Shown here: positions 14,101-45,848 of the stretch, piece after piece
Numbering within the stretch: position 1 is the first letter of the stretch
Layout of the letters: every line of letters begins with the position of its first letter
Assembly: GCA_040954595.2 (NCBI GenBank)
Contig: CM082577.2
Coordinates: 2,542,001-2,606,000 of the forward strand
Length of the DNA: 64,000 bases
Origin: Balanoglossus misakiensis
Lineage: Eukaryota; Animalia; Hemichordata
Reading direction: 5' to 3'
The notes under the pieces: model-generated
What the model saw: the letters and a program-made list of their open reading frames with translations, nothing else
Databases searched by the model: none
Told to the model about the DNA's origin: nothing
Program-made: the position numbers and the translations under genes

Positions 14101-17100
14101 TGTAGTCTGGCTGCTCTTCTTCTGGCTGGTGCTGATGTTGAACTACTACGATGGTTCTACGGTCAACCAGTACGGGAATACCTGGAGACTGAACAACAGC
14201 TATGCTGGAACCAAGTATGGCCCGGAATACAATGAGAGCTTCTACACTATCAGAACGTAAGCAGCAATTTTGTTCATCCCAACTTTCCTTGAAAGAAGAA
14301 AAAAGGATGGTCTTGCTTCTGCTTAGGAATTATCCTCAACTTGGATCTGAATATAAATTCAGAAAAGCCACCAACAAGAATATGGACAAAATAGTTATAT
14401 TTTGTGGGTTCTTTTGGACTGTTCTTTCAGCTGTCCTACATGTATTTATGACTGAGGTACATATACAGAGATTAAACTGCGAACAAACCCAAACAAAAAA
14501 CACATGTACATTTATACAGTACATTATATTACATTACATTATATTATATTATATTACTAGTACAGTACAATACAGTACAATACGTAACAAACTGCATTAA
14601 TTCATGTATTTGATGCTTGTTTGCAGACCGGACGAATTCTGGAGTTGGTCTACCACTGTCATGGCCAGTGTCATGCATTCGGTGGAGTTAGATCCATTTG
14701 AGGCGGACGCTTCCTATGCGTACAACCTGCCCATCGGTGTTGCCAGACTGAGGCAGATCAGAAGTGTGCCTGGTAAGTTGTTTCTGCTGCTATTTCTACA
14801 GTTTTGGATGGTGCTATTACTATGCAGTTTGCGGCCTTGCTGTTGTGGTTAATGTAGTTCCCAATCTGATTAAAATCCGATGTAGAGTTGGATCGATCTT
14901 TACATTTGTTGGTTCTGTGCTGTTCTGTTCTCGGATGTAAAGATCAAGTCAACTCTACATCTGATTTTAAGCAGACTGTTTAATTCCCATGGGGTGAACC
15001 TTTTGTGATGTGTGTGTATTTGTGTGCATGCGTGCCTGCCTGCATATGTTTAATTACTGTACATGAAATATGAATACGTGTACATGTTATTTCTCACAGT
15101 GGAATGTGACATGCGGAAGACAAAACTCAAGGATGTAGATTACCACGACACTTGTAAAAGTGGTGCAGATGTGGACACCAGGAGTTTCAACGAAGGATGG
15201 GTCTACAACTCCAGCACCAATCAGACGTGGCTTTACTCCACAGAAGAACAGTTAGACGGGTGAGATGAGAGTTTTAATTGGCTGTTTGCAGCTCACTTGT
15301 GTTTTTTGTAGTGTCAGTTTCAGATGTTTGCTTCATTTTGTTTCATCTTTATCTTGACTGTCGTTTACTACAGGATGAAAACGGAAGGTCAGGTCAACTC
15401 TTACTCTGGCGGGGGATATGTTCAAAATCTGGGATATTCCTACGAAGAGACACTTGATATTCTACAGCATTTACAAGACACTAATTGGCTTGACAGATGG
15501 TAAGTTGCCCGCAGTGTTTTTTTGGCGTTTTGTGAGATTTGGGGACTAAAGGTTCATGAATTACAATGTCCATACTAACATCAGAAGTCAGCGATTGTGC
15601 CCCTTTAAAGGTTGGACTTGCCATTTATTCTTGAAACTGAACCATTTCTATCCGTTCAACAGGACAACTGCAGTGTTCATGGAACAGACGGTTTACAACT
15701 CTAACAAACACCTCTACAGCCTGATTCATCTCTTGGTAGAGTTCCCGCCACTAAGTAAGTAAAAAAAATCATCTTGTCTCGGGCAATGTAATTCTTAAAG
15801 TTGTAGAGGTTTTAAACAATTGAAACCAGTTTTAAATCTAGTTTCAACTGTAGGACAAAAATAATTTGTTTTGTTGTGTTTGTGTCAATGCATTCTTGTT
15901 AGAGAGTTTCTAGATGGAAATTCATTTATATAGACTCAGTTAGCCTGCTGGGGACATACAGACAAGTAGTACTTAGAGCTGTGAGATTTAATAGTGATTT
16001 TTGTCTACAACACCAGATGACCCAGAACAATCTTCTTTGATTTTCAGGTGGTGGATTTCCATCGTCGTCCATCAAGACTGTGAATTTAACATACTACAAT
16101 GGTCATATCACAGTCATAGCTGTTTGCATGGTAAGCTATGCCACACGTTTGTCTTTCAGTTTCACCGACCCAAACATCCCCTTTTAGTTGTCAGACTCTA
16201 ATCTTAAAATTGTGAGGTAACATCAGGTATGAGATATTGTTCTAACACCGCCCCACACTGAATTTCTCCACTCATAGATCCAGTCTCACTTTTTAAAAAC
16301 CAAAAGCAAGGTTTGAGCAAGGCTGGTGGAAAGTGTTGACTTGAAAATGGTTAGGGTCTATCTGACTGTTATTTTGTGACAGTCTAGTATCCAGGTCTAG
16401 TAACATAAAAACATACCACAAAACGTAAACCAATCAAAACATTTCCTTTTTCCTGTAATTTATCACACAAACATTTCAGGAGATTTTTTTATATCCAATC
16501 CTGGAAAGATTTAAATGTTGTCTGAGATTATTTGTCCAGTGGGATTATTGAGTGATGAATTGGAATCCAACAGCTGGGCTTTGAGACGTTAACGTTTCTT
16601 TGGCACTTTCTGCTTTTTCAGGCTCTGCTCGCTTTGTTCATGCTCGTCTTCATCATACGAGAGATTCTGAACATGAGGGAGTTAGGATGGAGCTATCTGT
16701 CCTCGGTGTGGCACTGGCTGGACATCTGTATCATCGGTATTGGCATAGCCGCCATCTCTCTCTACATCTACCAACAGTTATACACCGCAGAAGTCGTGCG
16801 TCGCTACTTCACCAATCCGAGAGATTTCACCAATTTTCACCGTGTCATGTACCACATTGACCTGGTCACCTGTCTGTGTGCAATTTTACTTTTCTTGGTT
16901 TTTCTCAAGGTTTGTGTGAAAGTGACATTAGCTGTAACTTTTGGCTTTATTTCCAGTATTGTTGTTCCGGTCAAAAATTGCCACCAATTACATCTCTTTT
17001 TAAAACTTTTCTCTTTCCTCCAATAGTTGCTCAGGCTACTCCGATTTAGTCGTCCGATGTCAATATATCTGAAGACATTATCAGTTGCCTGGAAGTATAT

Positions 17101-18557
17101 TTTTTGTCTCATGATATTTTTTATCATCATCCTTTGGGCCTTTGCACATCAAAATTACATGGTAAGTTGACTGCAGATGTTTCACTTCATTATTGTCTAC
17201 CTTTTGAGGGGTTCTTCATGAACTGGACACTTCATTTTTGAAAGAAAGCTTTGGAAACCTGAAATGCCACAAAAGTGCTTTGTTACAAATCATCTCATGA
17301 CATCACCTTATTGTGTCGTGTTGCTAGGAAACTCATTAAAACATGGCTGCATTATTTCAATGTGACATCAGATGTGTGAAAATAACCCTAATTATCTATG
17401 ACTGACCAGGCAGTGAAACAATTTACGACAGAAATAAAATTATGTCTTGCTTATATTCTTCCACCGCAGATATTTGGTCCGATAATCTGGGGGCTCCAGA
17501 CGGTCGGCAGCAGTGTCGTTGCCATGGAGGGGATGATCAGAGGTCCTGCCATCGATCTAGACGAGTGCATCCAGTACCACCCTGTCCTGACGCCGCTCAT
17601 CTTCATGTGTTTCTGGATCGTGTTTTGGGTGATACTGTGCAGCCTCTTCGCTGCGGTCATCATCAACAGTTACAAAGATGTCCGACAGCAGTCCAGCAAA
17701 CCCACCATGGACATGCAGGACTACGAGATGATCGAGTTCATGATGAAGCGATTCAAGAAAATGCTGGGACTAAGCAAAGTCAAGGTCAGTCTCTGTCACT
17801 CTGCTTAATACGATATATTCTGGTTTTATCTGCCTATAGTGTGGTCTCAATTATGCAGTCTCTGTTGACATGTCATCAACATAATCATTTATCTGGTGTC
17901 TCCCTTGTGTGTTACCCAATTACTCAAGGGACTTGGTTCTTTTTATTTGATATGCTATTAAATCAAAGGAGTAAAGGAAAGCCATTTTGTCTTAATTTTT
18001 CCCCCCAGCAATGGCGACCCAAAGTGAAATTCCGTGGTTTGGAGTCGCTGTCCTCACAATCTTCGCGTTCGACGTGCAGTACGCGACAGTCTTCGCGGGT
18101 TTCCTCCGCCAGCTCCAGTTCGGGTTTCCAGTCGCTGTACATGGAGCGATGGGATCCGGAGCAGATCACCGACCTCCTGCAGAGTCTGAGCCCCGCCGTC
18201 GAAGTCATCCTCAACAAATTCGAACAAGTGCAGGAGATCGGGAACGAGGAGGAATCACTCGTCAGGAAGTGGACGGACATCGAGAAGAGGAAGAAAGAGA
18301 AGGCGGCCGCAAGGGAGGCCCAGCAACAGCAACAGCAGCAACAAGCTGCCAAGAAAACGGAAACCAAAGCCAGGCCGGGTTTTAGGACGAATCGCCAACG
18401 CCGCATAAGCGTGCCGGATAGACCGGGCAGTGGAGGTTCAGGAGGGGCGTCGGCACTTGCCGGTCGACCCAAAAGTGAACAATGCGGGAGGGGGAAAGAG
18501 AAAGACAAGAAAAAAGAAACGAAAAAGACGCCTCCTTTGGCCAAGAAAGCCTGGTAG
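58..18557 (+). CDS. PKD1: Polycystin-1 (PKD1) homolog, multi-exon, 5' end outside window
   Basis: Exon 58-5150 encodes many PKD Ig-like repeats (WNFGDG, WDFGDG) and the start of REJ. Later exons: REJ (6414-6566, ~6882-7534, ~7727-8017), GAIN/GPS with CxCDHLTSF (~9271-9520), TM1 and PLAT domain (GTSAHVGINIFG..IRIWHDNTG.SPSWYL, ~10139-10763), TOP and channel-like TM exons (~13509-17784). Last exon ~18009-18557 has KVKF, a coiled coil and polyQ; TAG at 18555-18557; AATAAA at ~18571 and ~18581. GT-AG introns. Confidence 0.93.
5600..6060. repeat. Degenerate short tandem repeat in PKD1 intron
   Basis: Recurrent CAAATGTTAATAATGAGC-like motifs, heavily diverged. Confidence 0.5.
6670..6769. mobile_element. 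Small TTAA-bounded MITE (piggyBac-like ends)
   Basis: TTAACTCTTTCACC...GGTGAAAGGGTTAA terminal inverted repeats; related copy at ~39354-39445. Confidence 0.6.
13150..13311. mobile_element. Tc1/mariner/pogo-type MITE
   Basis: TA|CGGTCAAACCT...AGGTTCGACTG|TA; same family as 31224-31402, opposite orientation. Confidence 0.7.
14865..14975. repeat. Intronic inverted repeat (foldback), ~42-bp arms
   Basis: TCTGATTAAAATCCGATGTAGAGTTGGATCGATCTTTACAT matches the reverse complement of ATGTAAAGATCAAGTCAACTCTACATCTGATTTTAAGCAGA with few mismatches. Confidence 0.75.
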
Positions 18558-21086
18558 AATTATAGTGAAAAATAAATGTCAATAAATAATGAACTGTGAT
18601 GATCACAATGTGAAAACAAATATAAAGATATTTATGAAGAGATTTTGAAAGAGCTATTTATTACAGAGTTTAATTATGCTGTTTAGAATTCTCCACAAGT
18701 GGGAATTCAGGAGTTCAGTCAGGAAGTTTTGATTTTGTCCGTCTTTTGAGGATTTTATGAATCAGACTAGTTTTTACCAAAGGACACATATTTTTTTAAT
18801 TTTGTCTGTTTGTTTTAAAAATGTACCAAATTTTAACTTAGACTGCCAAATGAAGTGACGTAGCTGAATCAGACCTCATCAATATTTCATCCCCATGCTG
18901 CCTGAAGTTGGAATGACCCACAGAGGTTAAATAGCTGGAACATTCCATACAGCCGGTAACATCGGGGAGGGAAGACCAGTACTTATTGAAAACATTAACA
19001 GCATAGGAAGCAATGTAAAAATTATGCTGCAAATTGTTGAAAAAAACAAAAACATTGTAGTTTTAGAAAGAAGCTGAAATTGTGTAAAAAGTGGAATTTT
19101 ACAAATTTGTATGAAAACATTCCTCTAGAAATTTAACCTATTATTGTACATAGAAACTTATATTGAATATGTAAATTCTTGAGAGATATTGAAATATTGC
19201 CAAAAAGTAGAATTGTTAATATAAAAATGTTTATATTTGTAAATACATTCATGAATTTTAATTTTAGACTTTGAAGCTTGTAAACACTAGCAGTACTATT
19301 GCAATTTTAATTATAATTTAATAATAGAAGACTGCAAATATGCCAAGACAGTTTCATGTGCAAATATAACTGCTGTATATTGTGCCATAATAATATTTAA
19401 AACAAATATTGTTATTTCTGTCATCTGGAGGATGTAAAACAAGACAGATGACACCGTTTGTATAGTGTGTTTGTATGTTTAACTAAACTGTATACACTTA
19501 TTTCTGAGAAGAATCAGGTCTTAATCAAATTCCAACCTCTGCCTATATTTTCCATCAGAGGGCAGTAGAACATTGCTTCTGACTATCAGAAAATCATATT
19601 TTTTTTTGCTGATTTGTTCAAGAAATGGCAAACTTGTCATTTACCCACGCCAGACGATCATTCCTACTTACTGAAAAACAAATTATTGTCAGTACTGGAA
19701 TTTCTCTATCATCAATCCAACTAATAGTGACACTGCTGAATGTGAACCTAATCTTTCTGTATCATGAGAAAACCTCTTTCAATAACCTGAACATTGTCAG
19801 AAGTGACAAGTCTTCTCTGTAACTCAAAAGTGCCTTCTATAACAGTCTGCAGTAAACATTTCTGCAGATTTGCAATGCACAGGTCTATGGCCAGTTCTGC
19901 AGCCCCCCCCCCCCCTCAAATTTGTCAGATCCTTCTTTTCTGTGTTCACTCCCATGGTGATAACTGAAATCTGTGCCCTCTTGGAGGTGATACTGTGTCT
20001 TATACATATGAAAATTGAAGTGTGCTTTTGTATAAAGTCGAAAAGTTTTCTGTAATTAGCTGTCCGTAATAACCTTCTGCCTTAGATTCAGGGTCTGCTC
20101 TGCTCTGCTTTACTGAATTAATTCAGACATTTACTGTTCACAAATTCTTGTCACATAAAAATTGAGCAGTGTAGACATTTGTTATGGTTCAATTGTATGC
20201 AGAGGTTAGACAAAGGTTTTCTCCAGTTGTGAAATTTACACCATGGATGTCATAGTGGCAAATTAATGCCCTTCTTAAAATTTGCATTGGTCAATTTAAC
20301 GCCCAGTCTGAAAATATAAACAGCAGCAGATGATGTATGTATATTTTGTAACTTTGTAAATTTGAGTGTTTGTCTGATTGTGCTTGTGAAAGACAAGCAG
20401 TCACTTCGGCTGAATCTTAAGAAGTTGTGTTCAATTTCTTTGTGGAGATCTTCCTTTTCTTATGTAGTCTTTCATGTTAATCACATCTCGACTTAAAAAA
20501 AAACAATCAAACTCAGGATCCAATCCAAACAAATCACTCAGACATCTTAAAAACACATTCTGGAAGCTGGGGTGGCGCCCTTGCACTCTTTAAATTGTGA
20601 GGGCGCCATCACAGGTAGTCTTCGTTCATACAAATATTTACCAAATTTTGGAACATAAATTAGTCTTTCCAAGACTTTGATCACTTTCACAGATGCATTT
20701 TATCACTTTTGTATCAGACAAATATCCCTGTGTGTCTATCTTTTTTTAAAGTCTGGTTATGTTCCGAGTCATGTACTTAATTACACAACGAAAGTCACAA
20801 TAAAGCTGTGCTTTTACTGACTGATTTTTGACATTTAAAAGACGACTCTTGTCTTATTTAATGCTGGAACTTTTCCCCGGGGGCCGTGCCAAAATATAGT
20901 GGCTGTGCGTACATGCCTTTCATACATAGCTGTGCTCGTCATTGCGATCGGGCCGCCATGGATTATTTTCCCGCCATTTCGCGATGTTGAGTTAAAACTT
21001 GACAAAAATATTGTCCTGGCTGTTTCAATGAATCAATGGGTGTGTGCAATATATTATGGCTACAGATTGATCAGCAGATCAGGTAG

Positions 21087-21124
21087 TTCCCTTTTTGGAG
21101 GAAGTGGTGGCCCTTAAAAGGGCC
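21087..21124 (-). promoter_or_regulatory. Histone 3' stem-loop and purine-rich downstream element (HDE)
   Basis: Minus strand reads CCAAAC-GGCCCTTTTAAGGGCC-ACCA (stem-loop 21124-21109), then CCAAAAAGGGAA about 10 nt downstream. Confidence 0.85.
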
Positions 21125-21154
21125 GTTTGGTTAGGTTTTTTTTTAGTCTTTGGT

Positions 21155-41667
<20,513 letters not shown>

Positions 41668-42974
41668 ACCTAAACTAAACGACCATCACCTGAAGAGAAG
41701 ATTGTTCATTAACTCCTACCTCGTGTAATGAATAATGCAACCTTTATGTGATCTGCACGCACTACTACTACAGAATTCTGTCTTTCCTGCATTCAGTATT
41801 AACTATTTAAAGTCAGTCAGTGTTTTTTAAAAGTATACCGTCGGTAGTTTCTCTATGACCCTTTCACTGCCAAAGTGTGGATCAACCGCATTGTTTTCAG
41901 TGGTGTAGTTGAACCCATATACACAATAAGCAGCTGAAAATGTCATAATTCATATTGAGTGTGTGGCATATCTCTTATCCATACCCTTCGCTGTACATGT
42001 ATAGATGTATATTGAGAGGCTATCCAGAACACACACACTAAGTATCACTGAACAGACTAGCTGGTCATGGTCAAAACTGAACTCAGCATGTGATTATCTC
42101 TATAGTACCCCATAGAAGCAGACATATTAATGAGCAAATTTGCCCTGACTGACTGTTACCCTGGGCTGTTAATGTAGTTCCTTTTGCTCGCCTGTTACTG
42201 CATTATGTTCAGTCAGGGTTGAGCTCATGAACACTTTGTACAGCTCTTTTTATTATTATGTATACGGGTTGATACAATGTGTGATGAGATTTCTTTCGTT
42301 TTACTGTTGGCCCAATCACACCACTTTAGGGATGTGTTTAGGGCGACCACATCGGCTGAGGAACTAGGCAGGCATAACCATTGAAGGGAAAATGACTGTG
42401 TGAAAATGTCTCATAATGGTATTAGTAGGACATTACTTCTTTATAATGTAAAAAAAAAAATTGTGCAATGCACCATTTCACTGGTTTTAGTATTTCATAT
42501 GAACTTCGCCAATGCATGTTTTCCTTTTTAAAATCTTCAGAAGACTTTTTTTATTAAAATGCATGAAACTCTTACTTCATTTTGATTTCTACGACAGACA
42601 GGGTTCATCTATTGACTTTTATAAGGGTATATTTTATTGGCCCCTATTATTATGATTGTAGAATTATTCTTATATATTTAATGTACTGTAAAAACGTCCA
42701 TAGTGTTTTTCAAATATTAAACTGTAGTTTCATAAGATGGTGAAATTTTTATAGTACGAATAGTACTATGTATGTGCCAACTTTTTTAAACAGAGTACAA
42801 CACTGCTATCTTTTATCTCTATAATAGTTTAAGTATGCATATTTATTTTGAAAACTTGTATGCAGGAAGATTGAGTTTTTTACAGAGTGTGAAATGGGGA
42901 TAAACGGAAAATCATGTTGTTTTTTGTTTCATAGAAACAACAAATACAAGTTAAATGATCAGAATGCACCAACT

Positions 42975-43136
42975 ATATGCCTTTTTGTATTAAAAGAGGA
43001 CACCCTTCTAAAACATTGCATCATCTCCAAGTAGATGATGCGAAATAGAGGCCAGTATTATGTCCTTTGATTTTTGTGTTGTCTGCTTTGAGATGACGCC
43101 ATATTTCGGAAGGACGCCCTCTTTAAAAAGGCGTAT
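42975..43136. repeat. Imperfect inverted repeat downstream of ABCC stop (probable 3' UTR)
   Basis: ATATGCCTTTTT..AAAGAGGACACCCTTCTAAAACATTGCATCATCTCCAAGTAGA pairs with TCTGCTTTGAGATGACGCCATATTTCGGAAGGACGCCCTCTTTAAAAAGGCGTAT. Confidence 0.7.
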
Positions 43137-43574
43137 GTTTTCATGGTTTTGTCAGTTGTTGTATTCAAATGATACATGTTCTTAGAAGTCATTGATGTGT
43201 TTGAATGTGATTTATTAATGTGTTGGCCTTGTTTGAAGTGTTTTTTATTTTTTTTTCATCAATGTGTGATTTGTTTATCCTCTGGTCATATTTATTCTCT
43301 AATGACTTAGTGTTGTAATACTTATAATTATGTACCGTAAATGATCTGGCCCAAAGATCGTGTTGTCTTGAAAATTAAAAACAGTTTACATAGAACCAAT
43401 TTTCAAGTGTTGCATTGTCTGTTTTGCACATATCTCACCACACTTTTGTGTTTTTGTAAAAAAAATTGTTTCAGTTATATTAACATGCTGAAAATGTTTT
43501 CCTGAATAGATGACAGCATACACATATATTCAGCCTTTTAACAGATTCAAACTTTAACTTACTGAAAAATTGAA

Positions 43575-44505
43575 ATCATCGAAAAATTGTCATTTTTGGA
43601 TGATTTTCATGAGCTATAACCCATGATTTTTATTAAAAAATGAAGAAATTTCGAAAATTCACAAAGACGAAAAATTGCCATTTTTTGGATGATTTTCATG
43701 AGCTATAACCCATGATTTTGATTAAAAAATGAAGAAATTTTGAAAATTCTCAAAGACGAAAAATTGTCATTTTTTCATGATTTTCATGAGCTATAACCCA
43801 TGATTTTTATTAAAAAATGAAGAAATTTCGAAAATTCGCAAAGTCGAAAAATTGTCATTTTGGGATGATTTTCATGGGCTATAACCCATGATTTTTATTA
43901 AAAAATGAAGAAATTTTGAAAATTCACAAAGAAAAAAAATTGCCATTTTTGATGATTTCATGAGCTATAACCCATGATTTTTATTTAAAAATGAAGAAAT
44001 TTTGAAAATTCGTAAAGTCGAAAAATTGTCATTTTTTCATGATTTTCATGAGCTATAACCCATGATTTTTATTAAAAAATGAAGAAATTTTGAAAATTCG
44101 CAAAGTCGAAAAATTGTCATTTTTTGATGATTTTCATGAGCTATAACCCATGATTTTTATTAAAAAATGAAGAAATTTTGAAAATTCGCAAAGACGAAAA
44201 ATTGTCATTTTGGGATGATTTTCATGAGCTATAACCCATGATTTTTATTAAAAAATGAAGAAATTTTGAATATTCACAAAGTCGAAAAATTGCCATTTTT
44301 GGATGATTTTCATGAGCTATAACCCATGATTTTTATTAAAAAATGAAGAAATTTTGAAAATTCTCAAAGACGAAAAATTGTCATTTTTTCATGATTTTCA
44401 TGAGCTATAACCCATGATTTTGTTTAAAAAGATGAAGAAATTTCGAAAATTCGCAAAGTCGAAAAATTGTCATTTTGGGATGATTTTCATGAGCTATAAC
44501 CCATG
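43575..44505. repeat. 88-bp satellite, left block (~10 units)
   Basis: Unit TAAAAAATGAAGAAATTTTGAAAATTCG(GG/CA)AAG(T/A)CGAAAAATTGTCATTTTTTCATGATTTTCATGAGCTATAACCCATGATTTTTAT. Confidence 0.95.
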
Positions 44506-45848
44506 ATATATACCATGGGACCTTATGGGATCGGTTGCGTCTGTATGTATGTATGGATGGATGTATGGATGTATGGATGTATGTCTGTATGTCCGTCCAC
44601 ATCAAAAACTTGAAAACCGCTGCACGTATCACCTCAATATTTGGTGTGTAGGTGCAGGCAGGGCTGTAGATGGGAGTTTGTCCAAACGAAGTTGCCAGGC
44701 CCAAAAATATGCAAATTAGCTGGAAAAATGTGAAATTTATCAAAACTCTGAAAGTCAACAACTACTCGTCAGATTGCTTTAAAAATTGGTATGCATGTAC
44801 CATATGTCAACCTCACATCGACCTGTAAGTGTTAAGTTAATATCATCGATGTTTTATTTTTTATGATTTTTTTAGTCTTTTTATTAAATTTATACCTTTA
44901 CTTATACCTCTATGGTTAAGCTATGTCCACATCTTATTGTGGAATTCTGGTCTGTGCAATAGTCCTGTACAGTGACTGTCTATTGGTCAGTGAGCACAAT
45001 GGGGCCAAAATAAAAGGCAAAATTTTGGGCTCACCTGTAACACCTGCTTAACACATTAATTATGTGCATACCTAATTCCGGGCTAACTAATAAGGCTAGA
45101 GGTTTCGTTCTTATGGGACATGGACCAGTATAGGGTCAAAATTTCTTGCCCAAATTTTGGGTGACCTCAGGTGACCTTTGACCTACTTTCCTATATCTTG
45201 GCATCCAGAGCAGGTACAGACTTTGCGTTTGGAGGGTTGGGACTAAAATTGAAAAGCCAAAATTGGGGGTCACCTGTGACACCTGCATATCTCATTAATT
45301 ATGTGCATACCTAATTCCAGGCTAACCAATAGGGCTATAGGTTTGGTTTTTGTTGAACCTGGACCAGTATAGGGTCAAAATTTCTTGCCCAAATTTTGCA
45401 TGACCTCAGGTGACCTTTGACCTACTTTATCATATCTTGGCATCCAGAGCAGGTACAGACTTGGCGTTTGGAGGGTTGGGACTAAAATTGAAAAGCCAAA
45501 ATTGGGGGTCACCTGTGACACCTGCATATCTCATTAATTATGTGCATACCTAATTCCAGGCTAACCAATAGGACTATAGGTTTGGTTTTTGTTGAACATG
45601 GACCAGTATAGGGTCAACATTTCTTGCCCAAATTTTGCATAACCTCAGGTGACCTTTGACCTACTTTTCAATATCTTGGCATCCAGAGCAGATATGCTTA
45701 TTGCTATGTTGCTATGTGCTATGTTGGCTTGGGCCCGATATTGCTGCTTGCAGATCTGCTTGCAATGTCACCTGTAATTTTTTTTCTGGTGTGTCACTGT
45801 TTCCGCATAATCCTCAAATGGGACCACAGTGTCCTTGACGCTATTTTT
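44500..45848 (+). mobile_element. Non-autonomous Helentron/DINE-1-like (HINE) element inside the satellite
   Basis: 5' hairpin CCCATG-ATATATAC-CATGGGACC; (TGTA/TGGA/TGTC)n microsatellite ~44542-44598; central tandem repeats; 3' ATGGGACC, stem-loop AGTGTC-CTT-GACGCT, then ATTTTT; inserted at a T run. Confidence 0.65.
45010..45692. repeat. ~239-bp tandem repeat, ~3 copies, inside the HINE
   Basis: CACCTGT(A/G)ACACCTGC recurs at 45032, 45271 and 45510. Confidence 0.9.

Noticed and set aside
17442-18557. 371-aa ORF as an independent gene
   Set aside because: Chance read-through of an off-frame exon and an intron into the true last PKD1 exon.
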